Assembly: GCA_001782035.1 (NCBI GenBank)
Contig: MFNL01000002.1
Coordinates: 60,865 to 124,864 of the forward strand
Reading direction: 5' to 3'
Source of the DNA: Candidatus Levybacteria bacterium RIFCSPHIGHO2_01_FULL_37_17
Lineage (GTDB): Bacteria; Patescibacteriota; Microgenomatia; Levybacterales; UBA12049
DNA length: 64,000 nucleotides
Shown here: positions 40,340 through 49,261 of the stretch, one piece after another
Position numbering within the stretch: position 1 is the first letter of the stretch
How the letters are laid out: each line of letters opens with the position of its first letter
The notes under the pieces: generated by a model
Told to the model about the DNA's origin: nothing
Database searches by the model: none
What the model saw: only the letters and a program-made list of their open reading frames with translations
Program-made: the position numbers and the translations under genes

Positions 40340-40552
40340 TCAGGGGACTAGAAGAAGCAATGAAATAGTAGCAAAAGCAATAGTTGTTACAACCGTTGCC
40401 CCGATCAGAAACTTTTCAATGCTTCTTTTGCTTCTATAAAACTCTCCAACGCCTCCGAAAGCAGATGAGAGCCCACTCCCTTGCATTTGCAGGAGAATTA
40501 AAATAATAAGAAGTGAGGCAACAACTACTTCCAGGATTGTGAGAATAGGCAT
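40340..40552 (-). CDS. secG: preprotein translocase subunit SecG
   Basis: ILLQ..GSGLSSAFGG, two TMs. Confidence 0.9.
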   Translation of the reverse strand: MPILTILEVVVASLLIILILLQMQGSGLSSAFGGVGEFYRSKRSIEKFLIGATVVTTIAFATISLLLLVP

Positions 40553-40587
40553 GGAACAATTATATATTTATAGAGGACTCATTTCAA

Positions 40588-40989
40588 CTATTCAATTAAC
40601 CAGTTAAGAAAGGAAACGCAAAGAGATTGAAGGAATGAAACCAAAACAAAAGCAAATAAGGTGTTAAAATAGATGGAAGGTATTACAAAGCCCGAGTAGG
40701 ACACTCCTGAAAAAGTAAAAGAGGTTATGCTTATCCCTATAACTAAAACTGTAAGAAGGTAAAAAATAATTACGTTGGTAAGAAAGGAGAAAAAACCAAG
40801 TGTAATAAGGTTAAGCGGCATGGAGAGAATATTTAAAACCGGCTTAAGCAATATAAATAGTATCGTAAGTGCAAATCCGCCGAATAAATAAGTAGCGATT
40901 CCACCATCTACCTTCACACCAGGAAGTATTTGTGACAAGAAAAAAATAGAAAATGCGTTAAACAAACTATTTCTTACAAAAGGTTTCAC
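40588..40989 (-). CDS. 4-TM phage holin family (YvlD-like) membrane protein
   Basis: KPVL..LS.PLNLITLGFF...N. Confidence 0.8.
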   Translation of the reverse strand: MKPFVRNSLFNAFSIFFLSQILPGVKVDGGIATYLFGGFALTILFILLKPVLNILSMPLNLITLGFFSFLTNVIIFYLLTVLVIGISITSFTFSGVSYSGFVIPSIYFNTLFAFVLVSFLQSLCVSFLNWLIE

Positions 40990-41065
40990 TAATTTATGCT
41001 AACAAGAAACGTTTTCTTCGTCAACCAAGTTGAAAAAAAAGCCTTTACACAGTATCATAAATTGG

Positions 41066-42148
41066 ATGAATAATATTGTATGTCCCCATTGCGGCAAAAA
41101 CGTAGAATTAAACGAGGCTATTATCCACCAGTTATCCGCTCAGGTTCGAGAAGAAGAGGGACAAAAACTGAAAGCGGAGTTTGAGAAAGAAAGAGCAGAG
41201 TACATTGCAATGCAGGAAAAAAAATTAAGAGAAGAATTTGAAAAAGAAAGTAAGGCAAAAGAAAAAGAACTTTTAGAACTAGAAAAATTGCTTCAGAAAA
41301 AGGAGGAAGAAGCAGAAAATACTGCAGCAAAAATAAAGACTGAAGCAATTGAACAAGCCCAAAAGCAGACAAGACTTGAAAAATTGGAGCTTGAAAAAAA
41401 ACTTAATGATACCCAAAAAGCTTTAGAAAATGCTCAAAGAAAAGCAAAACAAGGCTCTCAGCAACTACAGGGTGAGGTATTAGAACTTGACTTAGAAGAA
41501 AAACTCAAAACAACTTTCACAGCCGATGAATTCTTGCCGGTTCCTAAGGGCGTTGAAGGTGGAGATTTGTGGCAAAAAATTATTCTAAAAGGCGAACTTG
41601 TCGGCTCGATTTTATGGGAAACAAAAAGAACAAAACAGTGGAGTAATTTATGGACAAGTAAGCTTAAAGAAGACGCGGGGAAAATAAACGCTTCTGAAGC
41701 TATTATTGTTTCCATAAGTTTACCCAACGGAGTAGGAAGCTTTGATAGGAAAGACGGTGTATGGATTACCACCTTCGAACATGCAATAAACATTGCAAGA
41801 TATGTAAGATTCTTAATAAGTACAGTCCATTCTGTTAAATCCTCTACTTCTCAAACAGATGAGGAATGGGGACAAATTAGGGATTACATGCTAAGTGATT
41901 CATTTAAGCACCGAATGCAAGCACATTTTGATGGAATAAAATCATTAAAGGATAGTTTGGATGCGGAAAAAAGAGCAACGATTTTACGATGGAAAAAACA
42001 GGAATCTCAAATTCAAAAATTAGACACTAACACTCTAAACTTTTATGGGGAACTAAAGGCAATAGCGCCTGATTTACCGGAGCTAAAGGGAGTTTCCACT
42101 CCACTTTTAGACAATGAGGCAGATGAAAACACAGAAACCCTCTTTTGA
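41066..42148 (+). CDS. DUF2130 family protein
   Basis: CPHC, coiled coil, SQQLQGEVLE, ILWETKRTK.W. Confidence 0.85.
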   Translation: MNNIVCPHCGKNVELNEAIIHQLSAQVREEEGQKLKAEFEKERAEYIAMQEKKLREEFEKESKAKEKELLELEKLLQKKEEEAENTAAKIKTEAIEQAQKQTRLEKLELEKKLNDTQKALENAQRKAKQGSQQLQGEVLELDLEEKLKTTFTADEFLPVPKGVEGGDLWQKIILKGELVGSILWETKRTKQWSNLWTSKLKEDAGKINASEAIIVSISLPNGVGSFDRKDGVWITTFEHAINIARYVRFLISTVHSVKSSTSQTDEEWGQIRDYMLSDSFKHRMQAHFDGIKSLKDSLDAEKRATILRWKKQESQIQKLDTNTLNFYGELKAIAPDLPELKGVSTPLLDNEADENTETLF

Positions 42149-42773
42149 GTTTGAGAAAAAGTATTGGGGTAACCACATAGATTATGTTATTGGAATTGAC
42201 GAGGTAGGACGTGGGGCCTTTGCGGGTCCAATTGTAGCAGCCGCAGTTGTTTTCTCTTCAAATATAAAAATAGGAGCTCTTGCTGAAATCAACGATTCAA
42301 AGCTTTTAAATTTCACTCAAAGAGCAAAATTAGCAAAACTCATTAAAGAATATGCATTATTTTGGGCAGTTGAGCAAATTGATATTGCCTATATAAATAA
42401 ATACGGGATAGGAAAAGCAAACTCGGCTGTATTTAGAAAGGTTTTGAAAAAATTACTAAAAAATATCAAAAGTTCAAATTACTCTATTTTAATTGACGGA
42501 TTTCATAGAAAATATTTACCGGGAGGACTAAGCAAGCAGCAAGGAATAGTAAAAGGTGACCAAAAAAGTTTATCAATCGCAGCAGCATCAATTCTTGCAA
42601 AAGTTTATAGAGATAACTTAATGAAAAAAGAGTCTAAACTATTTCCTAACTATAAATTTGCTAAAAACAAAGGTTATGGAACAAAGGAACACCGAGCGGC
42701 AATAATAAACTTCGGTACAACTCAAATTCATAGATCTTCCTACATTACTACCTGGCAAAATAATACAACCTAA
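42123..42773 (+). CDS. rnhB: ribonuclease HII
   Basis: GIDEVGRG, DSK, IDG, SIAAASILAKV.RD, KGYGT. Confidence 0.95.
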   Translation: MKTQKPSFEFEKKYWGNHIDYVIGIDEVGRGAFAGPIVAAAVVFSSNIKIGALAEINDSKLLNFTQRAKLAKLIKEYALFWAVEQIDIAYINKYGIGKANSAVFRKVLKKLLKNIKSSNYSILIDGFHRKYLPGGLSKQQGIVKGDQKSLSIAAASILAKVYRDNLMKKESKLFPNYKFAKNKGYGTKEHRAAIINFGTTQIHRSSYITTWQNNTT

Positions 42774-43528
42774 TGAGAGAAAATAAAGTAAAAATAAAAA
42801 ACAAAATGGGGGAAGAATTGGTAGGGATTGAAGTTCTACCTAATGAAGAAAGTAAATTCCCAGTCGTTATCCTAGTTCATGGATTTCACTATTTTAAGGA
42901 GGAAGATGGAATGTTTATTGAGATTAGTAAAAGACTGACAGATATTGGAATAGGATCGTATCTATTTGATTTTTCTGGTTGTGGAGAAAGCGAAGGGGAC
43001 TATTCAAATACAAGTCTTAGCAAACTGAGAAACGATCTAGAATCGATCATGGAATTTGTGAAAAGCAAAAGGTCAACGGACATTTTAAGACTTGGTATTC
43101 TTGCTCAATCTTTTGGGACGACAGTAACCGTAGCGCTTTCTCCACATATAAAATCCTTAGTACTAATGGGGGCTTTCATAAACCCAAAGCAAGTCTTTAA
43201 AAAATACTTCGGCACTAAATACAATCCGGACGGAATAACAATTAAACATCACGATGATGGCAGGATAACAACTATAAATGCCCAATTTTGGCAAGATTTT
43301 AAAAATTACGATATGGTTTCTTTACTAAAAAATATGCATTCCCCATTACTTTTAATTTACGGTTCGAATGATGAAACTGTTCCAATATCTTCTATTGAAG
43401 ACGTATACAAGAATGCTAACGACCCGAAAGAAAAAATCATAATAGGGGGAGCGGATCACGGCCTGCAACCTAAAAGAGATGAGGTTTACACTATCGTAAC
43501 AAAGTGGTTTAAAAAAACTCTTTTCTAG
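42773..43528 (+). CDS. alpha/beta hydrolase
   Basis: HGF, AQSFG, D.TVP, GADH. Confidence 0.85.
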   Translation: MRENKVKIKNKMGEELVGIEVLPNEESKFPVVILVHGFHYFKEEDGMFIEISKRLTDIGIGSYLFDFSGCGESEGDYSNTSLSKLRNDLESIMEFVKSKRSTDILRLGILAQSFGTTVTVALSPHIKSLVLMGAFINPKQVFKKYFGTKYNPDGITIKHHDDGRITTINAQFWQDFKNYDMVSLLKNMHSPLLLIYGSNDETVPISSIEDVYKNANDPKEKIIIGGADHGLQPKRDEVYTIVTKWFKKTLF

Positions 43529-43592
43529 GCTTCAACCACATACCTCGAGAAATGTTTTATTAAGTACGCTTATCTGATAAAATATCACTTAG

Positions 43593-43665
43593 GCGCCTGT
43601 AGCTCAATGGATAGAGCACTTCGCTTCGGACGAAGGGGTTGGGGGTTCGACTCCCTTCAGGCGCG
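43593..43665 (+). tRNA. tRNA-Arg(TCG)
   Basis: GCGCCTG..CAGGCGC, loop CTTCGGA. Confidence 0.93.
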
Positions 43666-43687
43666 CTTCGCTTCGCTCAGCGTAAAC
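43663..43687 (+). repeat. short palindromic element, left copy
   Basis: GCGC-TTCG-CTTCG-CTCA-GCGT-AAAC. Confidence 0.65.
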
Positions 43688-43689
43688 GC

Positions 43690-43968
43690 ATGAAATGGTA
43701 TGTTTATATTCTCAAATGTAAAGATAGTAGTTTATATACCGGTATAACTACCAATGTAAATAGAAGAATAAATGAGCACAACTCAAAAAAGGGAGCGAAG
43801 TCTTTATTGGGAAAATTACCGGTAAAATTATTGTATAATGAGGTGTTCGACAATCAAATTAAAGCAGCTAAACGTGAAAGAGAAATCAAAGGATGGCGAA
43901 GGGAAAGAAAATTGGAATTAGTTAAACGGGTTTACCCTGAAAAGGTAAAACCTTTGAAGGGCCGCTAG
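43690..43968 (+). CDS. small GIY-YIG nuclease
   Basis: WYVYIL..SLYTGITT..RRI.EHN, A.KRE.EIKGW; start moved to MKWYVY. Confidence 0.9.
   Translation: MKWYVYILKCKDSSLYTGITTNVNRRINEHNSKKGAKSLLGKLPVKLLYNEVFDNQIKAAKREREIKGWRRERKLELVKRVYPEKVKPLKGR
43930..43962 (-). repeat. short palindromic element, right (inverted) copy
   Basis: Reverse complement GCCC-TTCA-AAGGTTTTACCTT-TTCA-GGGT-AAAC. Confidence 0.6.
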
Positions 43969-44031
43969 CTCAACTGGCAGAGCATCTCCCTCTTAAGGAG
44001 ACGGTTCGGCGTTCGACTCGCCGGCGGCTCA
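43959..44031 (+). tRNA. tRNA-Lys(CTT)
   Basis: GGGCCGC..GCGGCTC, loop CTCTTAA. Confidence 0.93.
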
Positions 44032-44051
44032 CAATTTCGCTTTGTAGAAAT

Positions 44052-45089
44052 ATGTTTAAAAAAATTCGTAAATTTGCACTTGCCCACAAGAGATTACTGG
44101 TGCCAGTAATAATTGTAATACTTGTTACAACCTTTCTACTTTTACCTAAAAACGGACAAGAAATTTTAACCGAACAGGTTTCAAAAAAAGATATTGCTAA
44201 AACAGTGTCTGTGACAGGCGATGTTGATGCTGATACAAGTGTAAACCTCACTTTTAAAACTGCCGGGAAATTAGTTTATTTGGGAGCCAAGGAAGGTGAT
44301 TTTATCGAGGCCTATCAAACAATTGCCACATTAGACCAACAAACTGCACTAAAAAGCTTAAAAGGATCACTGCTCGACTATTCAATTCAGAGAAATACAT
44401 TTGAATCGACACAAGATACATACCAAGACAGGAAGCCATATCAAGCTCTTAATGATGAGATGAAAAGAATTCTTGAAAATAATCAATACAATTTAGATAA
44501 AGCTATAAATTCCGTGGAATTACAAGAGCTCTCAAGAAGGGAGTCGATATTGACAACTCCTATTGCCGGAATCGTAACTAGAGCGGATGTAAAAGTTGCC
44601 GGAGTAAACATAACAACAGCCACCACTTATACTGTTACCGATCCATCTTCTCTTAATTTCAAAATGGAAGTTGACGAAGCAGATATTGGAAAAGTGGTAG
44701 ATGGACAAGAGGTTAAGATAACTTTTGACTCCTTTCCGGATTCTGAAATTAACTTAGCTATAGATAGCATTGATTTCGTAAGCCACAAGACCTTATCAGG
44801 TGGCAACGCATTTTACGTAAAAGCTCAAATCCAAGATCCATCTAAATATCGAGTCGGAATGAGCGGAAATGCCGACATTATCATAGATAAAAGAAGTAGC
44901 GTCTTAACGGTTAATATTTCAAGTATATTCGATGATAACTTTGTGTATGTAGAAAAAAATGGAAAATTTGAAAAAAGAAAAATAAAACTAGGACTGGAAA
45001 GCGACATAGACGCAGAAGTTTTATCTGGGCTGAGCTTAGGTGAGAAAGTAGCGCTTGATCCAAATACTGTTCCTCAAAATGCCAAATAA
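44052..45089 (+). CDS. efflux membrane-fusion (MacA/HlyD-like) protein
   Basis: N-terminal TM, lipoyl-like halves, TPIAGIV, VDEADIGKV, GMS. Confidence 0.85.
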   Translation: MFKKIRKFALAHKRLLVPVIIVILVTTFLLLPKNGQEILTEQVSKKDIAKTVSVTGDVDADTSVNLTFKTAGKLVYLGAKEGDFIEAYQTIATLDQQTALKSLKGSLLDYSIQRNTFESTQDTYQDRKPYQALNDEMKRILENNQYNLDKAINSVELQELSRRESILTTPIAGIVTRADVKVAGVNITTATTYTVTDPSSLNFKMEVDEADIGKVVDGQEVKITFDSFPDSEINLAIDSIDFVSHKTLSGGNAFYVKAQIQDPSKYRVGMSGNADIIIDKRSSVLTVNISSIFDDNFVYVEKNGKFEKRKIKLGLESDIDAEVLSGLSLGEKVALDPNTVPQNAK

Positions 45090-45756
45090 CGACTACATTA
45101 TAGAAATTAAAGACGTTACTAAGATATATAAAGCCGATGGGGTAGAAACAATTGCTTTAAATGGTATAAATCTTAAATTAAAAAGGGGTGATTTTTTGGC
45201 TATAACCGGAAGATCGGGTAGTGGAAAATCAACTCTAATGCATATTATTGGACTCCTAGATAAACCGACTTCAGGCGTATATTTTTTAAATGGAACAGAC
45301 GTTTCTAAATTTGATGAAGATAAGCTGGCTCTTTTAAGAAACAAATCATTAGGCTTTGTATTTCAATCTTTTAATTTACTCCAAAGAACAACTGCTGTTG
45401 AAAACGTTTGTCTTCCGGCGGTATATGCTGGAATACCCGAAAATGAAAGAATGCAAAAGGCAAGAGTACTTTTAGACGAATTAGGGCTTTTGGAACAATC
45501 AAACAAAAAGCCAAATCAAATGTCTGGAGGGCAGCAACAAAGAGTTGCCATTGCAAGAGCTTTAATAAATGATCCATCAATAATTCTTGCAGATGAGCCT
45601 ACTGGAAATTTGGACACAAAATCAGGTAAAGATGTAATGAAGATTTTAAAAAGTTTGAATAAAAACGGAAAGACAATAATTCTTATAACTCACGAACAAG
45701 ATATAGCTATGCAAGCAAAAAAAATCCTCCATCTTGAGGATGGAAAAATAAACTAA
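45079..45756 (+). CDS. ABC ATPase (MacB/LolD-like)
   Basis: [26 protein letters not shown]. Confidence 0.92.
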   Translation: MPNNDYIIEIKDVTKIYKADGVETIALNGINLKLKRGDFLAITGRSGSGKSTLMHIIGLLDKPTSGVYFLNGTDVSKFDEDKLALLRNKSLGFVFQSFNLLQRTTAVENVCLPAVYAGIPENERMQKARVLLDELGLLEQSNKKPNQMSGGQQQRVAIARALINDPSIILADEPTGNLDTKSGKDVMKILKSLNKNGKTIILITHEQDIAMQAKKILHLEDGKIN

Positions 45757-46946
45757 TGGATATAAAAGAACTATTAAAACTTTCACTTCGAGCTATAACG
45801 GCGAATAAGCTAAGAAGTTTTTTAACTACTCTTGGAATTGTTATTGGAGTTTTCTCCATAATTGTTTTGGTCTCAATAGGCTCGGGAATTAACAGCTATG
45901 TTACAACTCAAATATCATCACTTGGTTCAAATATATTTGAAGTTCTACCAGGTGGTGAGGGAAACGTATTTGGTGGTATTCTTTCTGCTAATTTAAAACT
46001 CCAGGACTCCGAGAATGTGCAAAGGAACTTAACTGGAATTGGAAAAGTAACGCCTCTTCTGCAACAAGCAGCAATTATTAAATATAAAAATATAAAAATA
46101 AAGGATGCTTTTGTTGGAGGAGTCAGTTATCAATACCCGGAGGTTGTGACCAGTTTAAAAATGAAATACGGAATTTTTTTTACAAAAAGCCAACAGCTTT
46201 CTGGAGCCCCAACTGTTGTGCTGGGATATAAAATTAATGAGAAATTTTTTAAAAATCAAAATTCGGTAGGTAATAAAATATATGTGGGAGAAAAACAGTA
46301 CAGAATTGTTGGCGTAGCAGATAAAACCGGTACTGCTTTAGGCACTTTTGATAGGGATAATATTGTTTATATACCTGTTGAACAAGCCCAATCCCAGTTT
46401 GGTACTTCATACATTAGACAAATAGTGGTGTCTGCAAACAGCAAGGAATTAATGCCACTTGCTATTAAAAGAGTGGAGGCTACTCTTTTAAAAAGACTTA
46501 CTAAAGACGATTTTTCTATAGAAACTGCAGAATCTATTTCGGAGACTATTACAAACGTTACAAATGTTTTATCTTTAGCTTTGGGCGGAATTGCTGCGAT
46601 ATCGCTTCTGGTCGGAGGAATAGGGGTTGCAAATATAATGCTCGTATCAGTAACCGAAAGAACTCGAGAAATTGGATTACGCAAAGCTTTGGGAGCAAAA
46701 AGGTCAGATATACTTAAACAATTTTTGTTGGAATCAGTACTAATATCTGTAACGGGTGGATTAATAGGTATAGCTTTAGGAATAGCTGCGTCGTTAATAA
46801 TTGCGCGCTTGCTGGTTTCAACCGTAACTCCATGGTCGGTATTTATCGCTTTTGGATTCTCTGTACTTGTTGGAGTAATTTTTGGAATGGCACCTGCAAT
46901 AAGAGCATCAAAGCTAAATCCAATAGAAGCTTTAAGATATGAATAA
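45756..46946 (+). CDS. MacB-type ABC permease
   Basis: RSFLTTLGIVIG, VTERTREIGLRKALGA, PIEALRYE. Confidence 0.92.
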   Translation: MDIKELLKLSLRAITANKLRSFLTTLGIVIGVFSIIVLVSIGSGINSYVTTQISSLGSNIFEVLPGGEGNVFGGILSANLKLQDSENVQRNLTGIGKVTPLLQQAAIIKYKNIKIKDAFVGGVSYQYPEVVTSLKMKYGIFFTKSQQLSGAPTVVLGYKINEKFFKNQNSVGNKIYVGEKQYRIVGVADKTGTALGTFDRDNIVYIPVEQAQSQFGTSYIRQIVVSANSKELMPLAIKRVEATLLKRLTKDDFSIETAESISETITNVTNVLSLALGGIAAISLLVGGIGVANIMLVSVTERTREIGLRKALGAKRSDILKQFLLESVLISVTGGLIGIALGIAASLIIARLLVSTVTPWSVFIAFGFSVLVGVIFGMAPAIRASKLNPIEALRYE

Positions 46947-47853
46947 ATATTACTCTCTAGTTAAATATCTAATCGGCTGGCCGTTATCTCTGGTTGCCCT
47001 TGTTTTTGTCGCAAGAATTATTTATTCAAATTCAAGCGTAGCTTTTAAATCAATTGAACAAGTAAATTATTTTTTACTGGCAATAGGCATACTTTTATTC
47101 GTATTCTTTTTCTTTTTAAAAGCTTATACATGGAAGCTTTTACTTGGGGAGAAGGGGAAAACTTTGTCCTTTAGGAAAAATGCTTTTTACTTGGCTACCG
47201 CAGAGTTAAAAAGGTATATTCCCGGAAACATTTGGGGTTTTGCAGCAAGAGCTACAATTTTTGAAAATAATAATTTATCAAAAAGAGAAGTTTTCTCTTA
47301 TATTATTAAGGAATCTGTGCTTTTTTCTTTATCCTCTCTTATCATATCTTTAGTTTATATATTAAGCTCCGAGTCTACTCCGGGCATTAAGTTAACGGTT
47401 CTTTCCTTTACTACAATAGCTACTATTCTTTTTTTGTTAGGGAAGCATATTTACTATGCGCTGAACTTTAATTTACTCAAGAAAATAATTCATCTTCTGA
47501 TCCCTACTTATTCATTTTTAGAAAACTTTAAAATTCTATCTTGGAGTATTTTATCCTTCATTTTATTCGGAATTGGAACTTATTTTTCTATTATTTCTAT
47601 TTTCTCTCTAGATTTTAGTAAAATTTTAATCTTTGTTGGTATTTTTAACTTGTCTTTTTTTATCGGATATATTAGCTTAATCACCCCTATGGGTCTTGGG
47701 GTAAGAGAGGGAGCTATGACACTTTTACTTTCTTCTTTCTTAAGTGCTACTTCGGCTGCGGTGGCGTCTATTTTTTCAAGAGTTATTTTTATCGTTTCCG
47801 AATTATTAACTCTTTTTATTATTTATATTTGGAATAAAGTAAGTCCTAAATAA
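46939..47853 (+). CDS. lysylphosphatidylglycerol synthase TM-like (flippase-like) membrane protein
   Basis: RYIPG, P.GLGVREG, multiple TMs. Confidence 0.75.
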   Translation: MNKYYSLVKYLIGWPLSLVALVFVARIIYSNSSVAFKSIEQVNYFLLAIGILLFVFFFFLKAYTWKLLLGEKGKTLSFRKNAFYLATAELKRYIPGNIWGFAARATIFENNNLSKREVFSYIIKESVLFSLSSLIISLVYILSSESTPGIKLTVLSFTTIATILFLLGKHIYYALNFNLLKKIIHLLIPTYSFLENFKILSWSILSFILFGIGTYFSIISIFSLDFSKILIFVGIFNLSFFIGYISLITPMGLGVREGAMTLLLSSFLSATSAAVASIFSRVIFIVSELLTLFIIYIWNKVSPK

Positions 47854-49108
47854 AACTAGACCTCGTAGTATCGGCAAGTTTTGTGCGCTCGAACTTGTCA
47901 GCCATGTATCCATTGGGAACAGTTGTAAGCTTATCTGCATATAGAAGAAAACCATTTCTTATAGTATGATCTCCAAATTTATCATTAAGCCTATCAATTG
48001 CTTTTAATAGATTATGGGTTTTCTTTTCATTCTCAAAGAGAGTTAGAGTTGTATTTGAAGAATTTATTAAGCTTGACGCCCCTATGCTTATTCTTCTTAT
48101 ATAATCTTCTGAGTCTAAAATAAAATTGTGTTCGGAAAGAATAAGATTGCAGATATTAAATAAGTCTTTTCCGCTTTCAAAATACTCCGTAACTGTTTTG
48201 CGGGCGTGTACATTTTTTGTCCCTCCAAGATAAATAAATGCGGTTTTGGCTTGTTTGTTTAGCCTTCTGAGCTTTAGGGCTATTTCTTCACAAAGTTCAT
48301 AAACGTTTTGAAAAATAACTCGCTTGTCGTATTCGTTATGAGGCAGGCAATAATTCCTTCCAATAGATTTAACTTCTTCCTCAAGAAAGTATGGAATAAC
48401 GCTTCTTTCATCAATTCCAAAAGCTAACATTTGCAAAAAGTCTGCTTCAACATTTCCAAACTCCTTTTTAAGTGTGTTCGTTGGCATGTCTCGAAGCTGT
48501 AGAAAATTATATATACCTAATTTATTAAGCCTTATTGCTATTCGATCTCCTATCCCACAAACATCTGTGAGTTTTATTTTACTGTAAACCTCATCTAGGT
48601 TTTCTTTTTCAATTTCAAAAACTCCATTTGGCTTATTTATTCCAGATCCAAGTTTTGCCAAAAGTTTATTGTAAGAAATTCCAATAGAAACGGTTATATA
48701 TTCTCCGATTTCATTTTTTATTCTTTCTTTAATTGCTTTAACAATTCCTTCTTTTCCTCCAAATAAATGCTCTGAATTGGTAATGTCGATAAAAACCTCA
48801 TCCAGTGAAAAAAGCTCAACATATGGGGAATAATCTTTGCATATATTTAAAAATTTTTGGGTTATTTCCCAGTATTTTGTAAAATGGGCTGGGACGAAAG
48901 TCATATTGGGAACAATTTGCAATGCTTCCCATGTAACGCTAGGGGATTTGATGCCTAGTTTTTTAGCCTCTTTTGAAGCTGCAATTATGCAGGTACGACC
49001 ATTTGTTGCAGTAACGCCAATAGGAATTCCACGCAAATTTGGATTAAATTGCTGTTCGCAGGATGCAAAGTATGAATCAAAATCGATATGAAGGATTAAA
49101 CGGTTCAT
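47846..49108 (-). CDS. dinB: Y-family DNA polymerase IV
   Basis: HIDFDSYFASCE, SLDE, KLLAKL...KPNG; start moved to MNRLIL. Confidence 0.92.
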   Translation of the reverse strand: MNRLILHIDFDSYFASCEQQFNPNLRGIPIGVTATNGRTCIIAASKEAKKLGIKSPSVTWEALQIVPNMTFVPAHFTKYWEITQKFLNICKDYSPYVELFSLDEVFIDITNSEHLFGGKEGIVKAIKERIKNEIGEYITVSIGISYNKLLAKLGSGINKPNGVFEIEKENLDEVYSKIKLTDVCGIGDRIAIRLNKLGIYNFLQLRDMPTNTLKKEFGNVEADFLQMLAFGIDERSVIPYFLEEEVKSIGRNYCLPHNEYDKRVIFQNVYELCEEIALKLRRLNKQAKTAFIYLGGTKNVHARKTVTEYFESGKDLFNICNLILSEHNFILDSEDYIRRISIGASSLINSSNTTLTLFENEKKTHNLLKAIDRLNDKFGDHTIRNGFLLYADKLTTVPNGYMADKFERTKLADTTRSSFI

Positions 49109-49110
49109 AA

Positions 49111-49173
49111 TTATAAAAGTAACCAATAAATATAAGTTCTGAGGATCTTTCTTAGAATTCTAACGGGCAGCAT
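49111..49173 (-). CDS. candidate 20-aa leaderless ORF upstream of dinB
   Basis: MLPVRILRKILRTYIYWLLL*; ATG 6 nt after the -10 box, stop 2 nt before the dinB ATG. Confidence 0.3.
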   Translation of the reverse strand: MLPVRILRKILRTYIYWLLL

Positions 49174-49179
49174 AAGTTA

Positions 49180-49208
49180 AGAATAGTAGAACTTTATACG
49201 AAAATCAA
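49180..49208 (-). promoter_or_regulatory. dinB promoter with candidate LexA operator
   Basis: TTGATT-17-TATTCT containing TTTC-N7-GTTC. Confidence 0.55.
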
Positions 49209-49261
49209 TAGAATTAAATACAACAATCTAGGTCAATATTTAAATCGTGTATAATGGTGAC

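Noticed and set aside
40588-40989. Holin-family gene as a prophage marker
   Set aside because: This family is commonly chromosomal, and no phage genes are nearby.
43593-44031. GIY-YIG gene as a homing endonuclease inside a tRNA intron
   Set aside because: Both flanking tRNAs are complete and uninterrupted, and there is no room for a group I intron core.
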